From Octopus sinensis (taxonomy: Eukaryota), in assembly GCF_006345805.1 (NCBI RefSeq), contig NC_043005.1, forward strand, positions 109,368,001 through 109,432,000: a stretch of 64,000 nt of DNA, given 5' to 3'. Within the stretch, counting starts at the first letter, position 1. Each line of letters begins with the position of its first letter. Positions 48,496 to 63,300 of the stretch are shown piece by piece. A program made the position numbers and the translations under genes. The notes under the pieces are model-generated. The model was not told the origin of the DNA. It worked only from the letters and a program-made list of their open reading frames with translations, and ran no database searches.

Positions 48496-50315
48496 GTTTG
48501 GTTATATATCAGCTTATCTATAAAATTGTATGTGTGTCTGTCAGAAATTGTGTAAGAATCTGTGCCTGTGTGTCTGTGTCTACGCGCATATAATAAAACT
48601 CTTTCAAATATTGAACCGAAAAATTAACCGCAAAAATAAAAAATGGAAATTTTAAAAGACACTAAATAAATCAAACCATGAATACATATTTTTTTTTATT
48701 AGAATTCAACCGTAAAATGTTTGTTCTGCTGAATACAGAATAGAGGAGGAGGTTAAGGGTCGTTGAGTGGAGTAGATGGGGGGGGGGGGTAGTAAGAGTA
48801 TTTTTGATAAAAGATTATCTTCAAGGAAAGACATAAAGATGAGGTGGAGAAGGACTTGGGAGATAAAGATTAAAAGAGGAAGAAGGAAAATGAGGAAGAC
48901 GGCGGGGAGGAGAATAGAGAAGTGAGCAAAATAAAGATAAAGGGGTTAAGAAAAAAAAGGGGAAGAATAAAAGAGTAATAGAGAATGGTGGTGGTGATGG
49001 TGGTGGTAGTGGATGTGGGAGGTTTAAAGGAAATACAGCATTAAATTGGTAAATCTTTAAGGAATTTCATTGAAAGAGACCCTTCTCAGAATGCAGATGA
49101 GAATCAGCAGAGAAGGAAGATGGGAGAGAGTATGTGAGAGAGGCAGAGAAGGAGAATGCAAATGCGGGCGACGAGATGGAAAGAAATCGATAAATGCATC
49201 AAAGTAAAATAAAATTTATAAAGCGATAACAACAATAACAATAACAGTAACAACAACAACAAATTTTTAACAGAAGTAAATACAAATTATAAATAAGAAT
49301 AAAAATGTGATTAAATAGAAAAGAAATTTAAAGAGCCGTATAATATATTTTACTCAAGTGGTTTAAAGTAAACTGGGAGGGAAAAAAATGGATGAAATAT
49401 AAAATAAATGATACATAAACAAATTTTCAATGAAATTTCAAAGAATTTAAGTGAGATAAAATAAATAAAACATGAGGAAGAAGTGTAGAAGGGAGGATTT
49501 GACAAACGAGAGAAAATAAAGATAACAGAAAAGAAAGAAATATATATAAAAAGGGTAAAAATATAAATAGCAAAGTGATGGGAAATAAGAATAGGAGGAC
49601 TAAATAACAAAGATAAATATTTAAATCTGAAAGTAAAGACATAAAAATAAAGAAAAGCAAAGGAAAAGACTATAAAAACATGTTTGTTTATTTGTTTATT
49701 AATCTATATATTTAGCAAGTGATCAATTAATCTATCAATCTATCTATTTAGCAAATAATCCACTTTTCTCTCTCACTCTCTCTTATATATATATATATAG
49801 TGTGTGTGTGTGTGGTTGGACATGTGTGTATATGTAAATTAGTATCTGCACCTATGTATGTGTATATGGATGTATGTAATATGTATACATGCATGTATCT
49901 GCACATGTGTGCATGAGCAGAAATATAAGTGTGTATGAAACTTATAAGCATGGTATTATGGTTGAAAAGTCTACCCTATAATCATGATGGCATGGGTACC
50001 CTCCCACAGTGTTCCACCCCACTAGTTGGGTGAAACAGAGTGGACAGAAGGTAAGTCGAAGCTTGTTGGATAACCTGCACCCACCTGCAATGAAAAGGAC
50101 CAGCCTTGTCACACACTATGTCACTATGACTCAGGCAAGCAATAGTGTTAAAGGTACGTATGTCTATGAAATACTCAACCATATGCACTTTAATTCTGTG
50201 TGTAAGTAGTTCAATAGACTGAACTACTGGAATACACACTGTGGAAACGGACAAAAATCCATGTATTTTATGTTGATATTTGTATGAGTACATGAATGAC
50301 TGAATGAATACATAC

Positions 50316-50346
<31 letters not shown>

Positions 50347-51539
50347 TGTATGTATGTATGTATGTATATTGTTTTGTATTTGCTTGGCACAATTCTTACT
50401 GTGAAAGTTTATCATCAATAGGACTCCAAATTCAATGACGTGATTGATTATCAGATCAACTGATAGATTGATCAATTGACTGCTCGTTTGATTAATCAAC
50501 CAGTTAATAACTTTGGTTGTTTTATTTATCAAATTGCTTAAAAATAACAAAAGGAAGTGAAATTTAACCAGTGAATGTGTTTTATTAGCAAAATTATCAT
50601 CCCAAGATAAAAATAACAAATATGACACCCACATTTTTTTTTCTCATTACATATGTGTATGTGAGGGCACGTGTGTGTGTGTGTATTATAATACGCTAAT
50701 AGCTAACTAAAGTACAACACATAATGTAATACCTGTTGGGTGGGTCTCTGTTTTCACATACATGTGTATCCTAGTTCACATAAACATCAAAATGTCATTC
50801 GAATGATAGAGCCCTACACTTAACCACAGGTGTCCTGTTTCTTTTCCCCACTTATACAACAGTCTCCTCTCCTCTTAATTACTTGTCACACATTTATCTT
50901 TTTCCTGAACCAACAGGTAAACCTTTAATATGGTCACGCATCTTCCAAGAAATAACAACCATATCTCCTTTAAATCACACCCTACCATCTTAAAACTAGA
51001 TGTGTCACATTTAATAAAGCAGCCCAGAGTAATAGGGCAAGAGAAAAAGATGAGACAGTAATGACTGAAAGTTCGTTAAGCACCAATCTGTTTAATCAAG
51101 CCTTGACTTGGGTCTAAACAAACAACAGCAATCCCAACTTCTACTTTTCATCTCATTAAGTGAAACCCTCCAATCCTTCTTCCACAGGATTGACCACCCA
51201 CTGGAATTCCCTCCTGACCAATCTGAAACTGAAAATATAGTGACTTGATCTCACTTGTCTCGTGTCATAAAAAAGTTAACGACATTCTACTACCACATGC
51301 TTCACTAATTAAACATCAAAGGGATCATCCATATTAACATCTGAGCTGCTAGGAATAGCAACCAAATTTACCTTAAGTTAGGCATTAGTATCTTGAAAAG
51401 GTAAAAACTCATAGAGTAGTGCTGGTGGAAATATCCCCAGTGTGAAAGTAAGATGAGATGGTCATTGGTGAAGTACTTTTGATCATAGCTCTGTTCAGTC
51501 TGAACAGACCTGGGGCTAAGCAATAAAAATTAATAACCC

Positions 51540-51828
51540 AATATATGTACGTATGTATGTATGTATGTATGTATGTATGTATGTATGTATGTATGTATGT
51601 ATGTATGTATGTATGTATGTATGTTTGTATGTATATATGTATATTTGTATGTATGTATGTACGTATGTATGTATGTATGCATGTATGTATGTATGTATGT
51701 ATGTATGTATATATGTATGTTTGTATGTATGTATGTATGCATGTATGAGCATGCATATAGTTCTTTCTGGCTATCTAACTCTATCATTTATCTATGTATC
51801 TATCTATTTACATGAATGTATGTATGTA

Positions 51829-51883
<55 letters not shown>

Positions 51884-54600
51884 CAAAACGGAAAGAACAA
51901 ATACAAAAGAAAGATGGAAACAAGTGAAAAACAAATACATAAATTAAATGACAAAAGATATAGAAATAAATGTATAAAAATGTATAAAGAAGTCAAGAAT
52001 ATAAAAGATGGTGATATATAGAATGAAAGATAGAGAGAGATAGTATGGGAGAGTTGATTGAAAGAAGCTCTTCTTATACAATTAAATAAAATAAATAAAT
52101 ACAGAAATATTTGCAAAGAAGAGAAAATATAAAACATGGAAAATAATTGTGTAAAGCAATGTTTTCAAAATAAAAAAAAAGCTAAATAAAAGAAGGGAAA
52201 TTGTAGATATCACCACAAAATATAACAACAAACATGCATAGAGAGAAAGGAAGACAGATATGAAAACACCGGATGTTAAAATAAAGGGGAAAAAATTTGA
52301 TAAAAGCAAAAGATAACTAAAGTTGACAAATACAGACAAATAAATGGATAAGAAATGATAAAAATAAGGATAATAATAATATAATAATGATAATAAGAAA
52401 GAAGAACATAATAATAAGGACAATAATAATAATAATGTTGTAATGTTGTAATAATAATAGTAATAAAATATAAATATTAGGCTGGAAATAGCTGAAAAGA
52501 AAGAAAAAATATGAGTAAAAAGTATATTTAAAATGGAAGAAAAACAAAGTTGAGTGTCTCTTTAGTTAAACGCGATACGAGAATAGAAATTGACAAGAAA
52601 ATTGAGAGTTTTAAGGAGATTTAAGTTGAAACAAAATTTGATTTATGTCTGCCAGCCATTTTGTTTAGAAAAAGCAAAACAAATGAAAAATGAAAAATGA
52701 ATAAAAGAGTAAAAATAAATTTTGTTTGTTTATTTTTCCCCCTTTAACCACAAATTGAATGTTTGTCTCAATAGAATTACGAAGGGGGGAAAAAGGAGAA
52801 GAAGAAAAACAGGAGGAAGGCGAGAGTGATGAAGGAGAAGACGACAAGATGGAACTGTAAGATGAAAAGATTGAATAAAAGAAGGAAAAAATAAAATGTT
52901 TGTAAAATTAATACAAGATCTTTCCTGTTTACTTTATGTTCGTTTTGCTTATTTTTGTTTAGTTTTAAATTTATTTGTGCTTTTAAAATATTCTATATCT
53001 TGTTTTATTTTTAGTCTTTGTTGTAAATGTTTTCTCCATTTTTGTAGTTCTTTTTACTTCATCCTTAAACTTATACATTTTTATTTATACTCGTGTGTTT
53101 ATACATGCTTACATAATACCAACACACATGTACAGATGTACATACATCTGTACATATACATATGTGTGCGTTTGTGTGTGTGTGTGGTTATATACTTACG
53201 CATACATGTATACATATGTTTATGTATGTATAATATATATATATGTGTGTATGAATATGGTTATGCAATTGTGCACACTTACACATACATGTGTATAATG
53301 TCAGGAAGTGTCATTATTCTTAATTTAAATGTTTATTTACACTTGGTAAAGACAGTAAGAGCATGTGTGTGTGTGTGTGTGTGTGTGAGTGTGTGTATGT
53401 GCACATGTCTGTGTGTGTATACAAATATAACAATATATATACAAGTATATATATGTGTGTGCATATATGTACATATATATATATGTATGTATATACATAT
53501 ATATATATATATGTATGTGTATATATATATTTCATATTTATGTATAAACATATATACATCTATATACATGTGTGTGTATGTATGTGTGTGTGTGTATTCT
53601 TATACACACACACACACAACAGAGTCACTCAGTTATTGTTGACCCATAAGTAAGGCAGGATTTTAACATGCTTTATATAAGGAAACCATGAAACATTTCT
53701 GAGACACACATACATTCATCTCTCTCGCTATTTCCTTCCCCTTCATTCTTCTTCCATATCTTTTTCGTTTTCCTTCTTTTCTTCTTTGTCTTGTTCTTCT
53801 TTTACATTTTTTCCATTCTTTTTATTTAAATTTTTTTTTCTATTTTTGACAAAATTTTCCTTTCTTCTTTTTCTTTTCTTTTCCTTCACAATTTCACTTT
53901 TATTCCTGTGTTTATTTAACTATTAATGGACTTTCTTATTTATTGATATTATTTATTTAACTATTAATATATTTCTTTATGGTTTGTTATTTGTTTAGTT
54001 AGGTTTTAATCTCAGACTTTAATCTCTATAATGTTTCCAGTTTGGCAGATTAACAGGAAATTAATGAAATCATTATAAACATGTTTTTCTATCTTGTTAA
54101 TTTATCAATTAATTTGGTTTTCTTCTATTTCGTTCTCTTCCTTCTGTCTCCTCTTCTACTCACCTTCTTCTTCTTCACCTCCTTCCCCTTCTTTTTCTTC
54201 TTCTTCTTTTCTTCTCTCTTCCTCCTCCTCCCCCACCTCTTCTTCATCTTCTCCTTCTTCATCTTCATCTTCATCTTCATCTTCTTCTCCTTCTTCTTCT
54301 CTTTCTTCATCATCTTCTCCTTCTTCTTCATCCTCTCCTCCTTCTTCATCTTCTCCTCCTTCTTCATCTTCTTCTTCTCCCTCTTCTCGTTCTTCTTCTT
54401 CTTCTTCTTCTTCTTCTTCTTCTTCTTCTCCTCCTCCTCCTCCCATGTATTTTTTAAAAATTCATTTCTAAATCTTACATTGTCATCTAGAGCTTCTTTG
54501 AAGTGGTTGCCACCACCATCACCACCATCACCACCATCGCTACCATCACCACCATCACCACCATCACCACCATCACCACCATCACCACTACTCATCTCCC
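51540..54600. repeat. (TATG)n, A-rich, (TA/TG)n, (CTT)n and (CAC/CAT)n tracts
   Basis: Directly visible simple repeats separated by low-complexity DNA. Confidence 0.85.
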
Positions 54601-55221
54601 ATTCTCCTTTAGAATCTCTTCATATTACAGCAACAAAATGAGAACTGCTGACGATCTTCCTTCATAGGCCAAAGTGCAATTAATTTAAGTCTTGGGGGTC
54701 AATCGAAAGACCCTAAAGTTGCCTAGAATATGACACAAGAATTACCCCGAAATCCTGATAAGCATTTGGGGTGATTCTGCATTATAAGAGATAACAAAAC
54801 TATTATGTAATAACTGTCAAAAGATGATGTTAGTAGTGGGAGTTGTGGATGGTTATGTAGCTGGGCGGCAGAAATAACAAAAAACGGGGTTGAAAGATCA
54901 AATCTATCAGACCATCTAGCTTCAGGTGGGAAAGCTGGCTCGCATCAACATCATTGTCATTTTCATCACGGCTACCACCACTGCCAGCACCAGCACACCC
55001 AACAAAATTGCCACCACCACCACCACCACTATCACCACTACTATCACCACCACCATCACCACCACCACCATCACCACCATCATCATCATCATCAACATGG
55101 TTAAACTTCATCATTCTCAAATACATCTTATTTCTCCAGCACTTTTTGCTTCTTCCTCTTTTTCCTCCTCCTCTTCCTCATTCTTCTTCTTTCATTTCTC
55201 TTACATTGATATTACCCCTAA

Positions 55222-55635
55222 TTCTCCTGTGGTAAGTAGTCTGCTTACCAACCACATGGTTTCGGGTTCAGTCCCGCTGCATGGCACCTTGGGCAAGTGT
55301 CTTCTACTATAGCCTCGGGCCGACCAAAGCCTTGTAAGTGGATTTGGTAGACAGAAACTGAAAGAAGCCATTCGTATATATGTATATGTATATATATGTG
55401 TATGTGTGTTTGTGTGTGTGTGTTTGTGTGTGTGTGTGTTTGTCCCTACCCCAATATCGTTTGACAACCGATGCTGGTGTGTTTATGTGCTCGTAACTTA
55501 GCGGTTCAGCAAAAGAGATCAATAGAATAAGTACTAGGCTTACAAAGAATAAGTCCTGGGGTTGATTTGTTCAGTTAAAGGCGGTGCTCCAGCATGGCCA
55601 CAGTCAAATGATTGAAACAAGTAAAAGACTAAAAA
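55222..55635 (+). mobile_element. Full-length SINE, family A
   Basis: tgtggtaagtagtctgcttaccaaccacatggtttcgggttcagtcccgctgcatggcaccttgggcaagtgtcttctactatagcctcgggccgacc .. ggtgctccagcatggccacagtcaaatgattgaaacaagtaaaagac. Confidence 0.9.
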
Positions 55636-55767
55636 AGTATACTGCAGTATACTAACTAAATGGCATCTAAGTTTCAAAATCTTTCAATGTTCTGCTACTC
55701 TTGAAAATTTCAACATCAATAATGATAATAATTATAATAACAACAATAATAGCAACAACAACAACAA

Positions 55768-56331
55768 ATAGAGGAGTAGGATAGCTATGGAAATCCAAGC
55801 TGAATGCTGGGTATCTCATTAGAGGTGTTAATTCTTGGGCTTACTGCAGAGGAGTTACGGAACTGACAAAAGAACTGGTCAACATGGACAGAAAAACTAG
55901 GAAGATAATGACTATGATGGCTATGCATGGGTGCCTTCATACAAGAAGTAATGTAGCAAGATTTTACTTACCTAGGAAGGAGTTGGGAGTGGATTGGTTA
56001 GAATAGAAGATAGTGTTGGGAAGGAGATGAAGCCCTCGAATGTCGATCTGAAGAAAAATGATGAAAGAATGTTGCAAGCTGCATTGAGTGAGAAGGTGAT
56101 CAGTGACAATGGTGAGACCCCCCAGAAGCACAACTTGTGAGCTAATAGAGAAAAGATTATCGAAAGGAAAGAGAAAGTCTTACACAGCAAGTTTTTCCAG
56201 CAAACTTCAGATTAAGCTGGGTTAACACATGTTTTTTTAAAGTAAGTGATAGAAGGATTGATTCTTGCTGCTCAAAACAAGCATTACAAACTAATACAGT
56301 CAAGTGTAGCATCGACAAGGCAGGTGTATTT
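55768..56331 (+). mobile_element. Dong/R4-clade LINE relic (post-RT region)
   Basis: LWKSKLNAGYLIRGVNSWA..MDRKTRKIMTMMAMHGCLHTRSNVARFYLPRKE..KEKVLHSKF..EGLILAAQ..ALQTNTVKCSIDK, with frameshifts; characteristic R4/Dong motifs. Confidence 0.9.
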
Positions 56332-57129
56332 AAGAGGACTGTACACTTCCGCTTTCTTGCTTTCCTTCTTGACTATTCATGAGTCAAATGGACGTTCAAC
56401 ATGAATTTCAGAGCACATGTGGCTTACTGCTACTTATTGCTGTTCATTCTGCTCAAGTACCTGGTCCACTCAAATTATCTGAATGAATGACAACTCAAAA
56501 TAATGGGACTAAATTATGAAAAATTCACAAACAAGCTTAACAAATATGTATTCCCATCATCAGCTGCCAAACAAATATCACTATGATTTCAACAACTTGA
56601 GCAATAACATTCAATTCAGTGATGTCGACATTAAACATAAATGCTGCCTGTGAATCAGTAGTAATCAGCAAAAGCAAAACATTAGTACAGTATGTCAATT
56701 CTGCCAGCACCTGCATATTACTACAGGCAACATCAAATTAAACAGTATTAACTTATAGTTACAAAACAGTTTCTATAAAACAAGGAATTTACTCCCAGAA
56801 ATGACAATGTAATCCTCAGATCTTAATATAAAGGAACAACTGAACTAATATCAAAGAAAAACTATTCAGTCTCTAATATTCAGCATGATAAGACCAACCC
56901 AAAGAACATGAAACCAAAAACTTAAAACATGTAGAAAATACAGTGAACATGGACTACTAGACATGTTGCTTCTCAATCTATATCACATCACAAATGTGAT
57001 ACCACACCAAAAACAAGTTTGATAGAAACTAATGGAACAGTATATCCTATAACCAACATCGTTGAACAATGCACAAGGGAAAAGACAGACATAGATCGAT
57101 ATCTATAAAATATGTTCAATATTATAAAA

Positions 57130-57370
57130 TAAATTAACCAAACTGACATCATGTAATAGCTGTAAATAAGCTTCATAAATGAACAAAAAATGTTCTTCGT
57201 TTCCAGTTTTCTCTGAAGAACACGTCTGGCGATGGGGAAATATTACCTTGCTTATAAAATAACTGATGAGTGTGGGTAACAGGAAGGGCACCTGGCTGTA
57301 GAAAATCTGCCTCAACAGTTTCCTGATCCATGTAAGCATAGAAAAGTGAATGCTAGATTATGATGATGAT
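57130..57370 (+). mobile_element. Retroposon 3' end sharing the RTE-type tail
   Basis: atggggaaatattaccttgctt..caggaagggcacctggctgtagaaaatctgcctcaac..atccatgtaagcatagaaaagtgaatgctagattatgatgatgat. Confidence 0.65.
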
Positions 57371-60300
57371 GACAACGATAACGACGACGATGATGATGAC
57401 AACAACAATGATGATGACAATGACAATGGAGGCGATGATGATGATGACAAGGATGATGCTGATGACAACAAAGACAACGATGATGACGACGATAACGACG
57501 ATGATGAGGATGACGACAACAACAATGATGATGGCAATGACAATGGAGGCGATGATGATGATGACAAGGATGATGCTGATGACAACAAAGACAACGATGA
57601 TGACGACGATAACGACGATGATGAGGATGACGACAACAACAATGATGATGGCAATGACAATGGAGGCGATGATGATGATGACAAGGATGATGCTGATGAC
57701 AACAAAGACAACGATGATGACGACGATAACGACGATGATGAGGATGACGACAACAACAATGATGATGGCAATGACAATGGAGGCGATGATGATGATGACA
57801 AGGATGATGCTGATGACAACAAGACAACGATGATGACGACGATAACGACGATGATGAGGATGACGACAACAACAATGATGATGGCAATGACAATGGAGGC
57901 GATGATGATGATGACAAGGATGATGCTGATGACAACAAAGACAACGATGATGATGACGATAACGACGATGATGAGGATGACGACAACAACAATGATGATG
58001 GCAATGACAATGGAGGCGATGATGATGATGACAAGGATGATGCTGATGACAACAAAGACAACGATGATGATGACGATAACGACGATGATGAGGATGACGA
58101 CAACAACAATGATGATGGCAATGACAATGGAGGCGATGATGATGATGACAAGGATGATGCTGATGACAACAAAGACAACGATGATGATGACGATAACGAC
58201 GATGATGAGGATGACGACAACAACAATGATGATGGCAATGACAATGGAGGCGATGATGATGATGACAAGGATGATGCTGATGACAACAAAGACAACGATG
58301 ATGATGACGATAACGACGATGATGAGGATGATGACAACAACAATGATGATGGCAATGACAATGGAGGCGATGATGATGATGACAAGGATGATGCTGATGA
58401 CAACAAAGACAACGATGATGATGACGATAATGACGATGATGAGGATGACGACAACAACAATGATGATGGCAATGACAATGGAGGCGATGATGATGATGAT
58501 GACAAGGATGATGCTGATGACAACAAAGACAACGATGATGATGACGATAACGACGATGATGATGAGGATGACGACAACAACAATGATGATGGCAATGACA
58601 ATGGAGGCGATGATGATGATGACAAGGATGATGCTGATGACAACAAAGACAACGATGATGATGACGATAACGACGATGATGAGGATGACGACAACAACAA
58701 TGATGATGGCAATGACAATGGAGGCGATGATGATGATGACAAGGATGATGCTGATGACAACAAAGACAACGATGATGATGACGATAACGACGATGATGAG
58801 GATGACGACAACAACAATGATGATGGCAATGACAATGGAGGCGATGATGATGATGACAAGGATGATGCTGATGACAACAAAGACAACGATGATGATGACG
58901 ATAACGACGATGATGAGGATGATGACAACAACAATGATGATGGCAATGACAATGGAGGCGATGATGATGATGACAAGGATGATGCTGATGACAACAAAGA
59001 CAACGATGATGACGACGATAACGACGATGATGAGGATGACGACAACAACAATGATGATGGCAATGACAATGGAGGCGATGATGATGATGACAAGGATGAT
59101 GCTGATGACAACAAAGACAACGATGATGATGACGATAACGACGATGATGAGGATGACGACAACAACAATGATGATGGCAATGACAATGGAGGCGATGATG
59201 ATGATGACAAGGATGATGCTGATGACAACAAAGACAACGATGATGATGACGATAACGACGATGATGAGGATGACGACAACAACAATGATGATGGCAATGA
59301 CAATGGAGGCGATGATGATGATGACAAGGATGATGCTGATGACAACAAAGACAACGATGATGACGACGATAACGACGATGATGAGGATGACGACAACAAC
59401 AATGATGATGGCAATGACAATGGAGGCGATGATGATGATGACAAGGATGATGCTGATGACAACAAAGACAACGATGATGACGACGATAACGACGATGATG
59501 AGGATGACGACAACAACAATGATGATGGCAATGACAATGGAGGCGATGATGATGATGACAAGGATGATGCTGATGACAACAAAGACAACGATGATGATGA
59601 CGATAACGACGATGATGAGGATGACGACAACAACAATGATGATGGCAATGACAATGGAGGCGATGATGATGATGACAAGGATGATGCTGATGACAACAAA
59701 GACAACGATGATGATGACGATAACGACGATGATGAGGATGACGACAACAACAATGATGATGGCAATGACAATGGAGGCGATGATGATGATGACAAGGATG
59801 ATGCTGATGACAACAAAGACAACGATGATGACGACGATAACGACGATGATGAGGATGACGACAACAACAATGATGATGGCAATGACAATGGAGGCGATGA
59901 TGATGATGACAAGGATGATGCTGATGACAACAAAGACAACGATGATGACGACGATAACGACGATGATGAGGATGACGACAACAACAATGATGATGGCAAT
60001 GACAATGGAGGCGATGATGATGATGACAAGGATGATGCTGATGACAACAAAGACAACGATGATGATGACGATAACGACGATGATGAGGATGACGACAACA
60101 ACAATGATGATGGCAATGACAATGGAGGCGATGATGATGATGACAAGGATGATGCTGATGACAACAAAGACAACGATGATGATGACGATAACGACGATGA
60201 TGAGGATGACGACAACAACAATGATGATGGCGATGACAATGGAGGTGATGATGATGATGACAAGGATGATGCTGATGACAACAAAGACAACGATGATGAT

Positions 60301-63300
60301 GACGATAACGACGATGATGAGGATGACGACAACAATAATGATGATGGCAATGACAATGGAGGCGATGATGATGATGACAAGGATGATGCTGATGACAACA
60401 AAGACAACGATGATGATGACGATAATGACGATGATGAGGATGACGACAACAACAATGATGATGGCGATGACAATGGAGGTGATGATGATGATGACAAGGA
60501 TGATGCTGATGACAACAAAGACAACGATGATGATGACGATAATGACGATGATGAGGATGACGACAACAACAATGATGATGGCGATGACAATGGAGGTGAT
60601 GATGATGATGACAAGGATGATGCTGATGACAACAAAGACAACGATGATGATGACGATAACGACGATGATGAGGATGACGACAACAATAATGATGATGGCA
60701 ATGACAATGGAGGCGATGATGATGATGACAAGGATGATGCTGATGACAACAAAGACAACGATGATGATGACGATAATGACGATGATGAGGATGACGACAA
60801 CAACAATGATGATGGCGATGACAATGGAGGTGATGATGATGATGACAAGGATGATGCTGATGACAACAAAGACAACGATGATGATGACGATAACGACGAT
60901 GATGAGGATGACGACAACAACAATGATGATGGCAATGACAATGGAGGAGGCGATGATGATGATGACAAGGATGATGCTGATGACAACAAAGACAACGATG
61001 ATGATGACGATAACGACGATGATGAGGATGACGACAACAACAATGATGATGGCAATGACAATGGAGGCGATGATGATGATGACAAGGATGATGCTGATGA
61101 CAACAAAGACAACGATGATGATGACGATAACGACGATGATGAGGATGACGACAACAACAATGATGATGGCAATGACAATGGAGGCGATGATGATGATGAC
61201 AAGGATGATGCTGATGACAACAAAGACAACGATGATGATGACGATAACGACGATGATGAGGATGACGACAACAACAATGATGATGGCGATGACAATGGAG
61301 GTGATGATGATGATGACAAGGATGATGCTGATGACAACAAAGACAACGATGATGACGACGATAACGACGATGATGAGGATGACGACAACAATAATGATGA
61401 TGGCAATGACAATGGAGGCGATGATGATGATGACAAGGATGATGCTGATGACAACAAAGACAACGATGATGATGACGATAACGACGATGATGAGGATGAC
61501 GACAACAACAATGATGATGGCAATGACAATGGAGGCGATGATGATGATGACAAGGATGATGCTGATGACAACAAAGACAACGATGATGATGACGATAACG
61601 ACGATGATGAGGATGACGACAACAACAATGATGATGGCAATGACAATGGCAATGGAGGATGATGATGATGACAAGGATGATGCTGATGACAACAAAGACA
61701 ACGATGATGATGACGATAACGACGATGATGAGGATGACGACAACAATAATGATGATGGCAATGACAATGGAGGCGATGATGATGATGACAAGGATGATGC
61801 TGATGACAACAAAGACAACGATGATGACGACGATAACGACGATGATGAGGATGACGACAACAACAATGATGATGGCAATGACAATGGAGGCGATGATGAT
61901 GATGACAAGGATGATGCTGATGACAACAAAGACAACGATGATGATGACGATAACGACGATGATGAGGATGACGACAACAACAATGATGATGGCAATGACA
62001 ATGGAGGCGATGATGATGATGACAAGGATGATGCTGATGACAACAAAGACAACGATGATGATGACGATAACGACGATGATGAGGATGACGACAACAACAA
62101 TGATGATGGCAATGACAATGGAGGCGATGATGATGATGACAAGGATGATGCTGATGACAACAAAGACAACGATGATGATGACGATAATGACGATGATGAG
62201 GATGACGACAACAACAATGATGATGGCAATGACAATGGAGGCGATGATGATGATGACAAGGATGATGCTGATGACAACAAAGACAACGATGATGATGACG
62301 ATAACGACGATGATGAGGATGACGACAACACAATGATGATGGCAATGACAATGGAGGCGATGATGATGATGACAAGGATGATGCTGATGACAACAAAGAC
62401 AACGATGATGATGACGATAACGACGATGATGAGGATGACGACAACAACAATGATGATGGCAATGACAATGGAGGCGATGATGATGATGACAAGGATGATG
62501 CTGATGACAACAAAGACAACGATGATGATGACGATAACGACGATGATGAGGATGACGACAACAACAATGATGATGGCAATGACAATGGAGGCGATGATGA
62601 TGATGACAAGGATGATGCTGATGACAACAAAGACAACGATGATGATGACGATAACGACGAAGATGAGGATGACGACAACAACAACAATGATGATGGCAAT
62701 GACAATGGAGGCGATGATGATGATGACAAGGATGATGCTGATGACAACAAAGACAACGATGATGATGACGATAACGACGATGATGAGGATGACGACAACA
62801 ACAATGATGATGGCAATGACAATGGAGGCGATGATGATGATGACAAGGATGATGCTGATGACAACAAAGACAACGATGATGACGACGATAACGACGATGA
62901 TGAGGATGACGACAACAACAATGATGATGGCAATGACAATGGAGGCGATGATGATGATGACAAGGATGATGCTGATGACAACAAAGACAACGATGATGAC
63001 GACGATAACGACGATGATGAGGATGACGACAACAACAATGATGATGGCAATGACAATGGAGGCGATGATGATGATGACAAGGATGATGCTGATGACAACA
63101 AAGACAACGATGATGACGACGATAACGACGATGATGAGGATGACGACAACAACAATGATGATGGCGATGACAATGGAGGCGATGATGATGATGACAAGGA
63201 TGATGCTGATGACAACAAAGACAACGATGATGACGACGATAACGACGATGACGACGATAACGACGATGATGAGGATGACGACAACAACAATGATGATGGC

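Noticed and set aside
56461-56478. 18-nt frame-preserving minus-strand microexon (cattcattcag|ATAATTTGAGTGGACCAG|gtactt)
   Set aside because: Such short splice-site pairs are expected by chance in 64 kb; no host gene is established.
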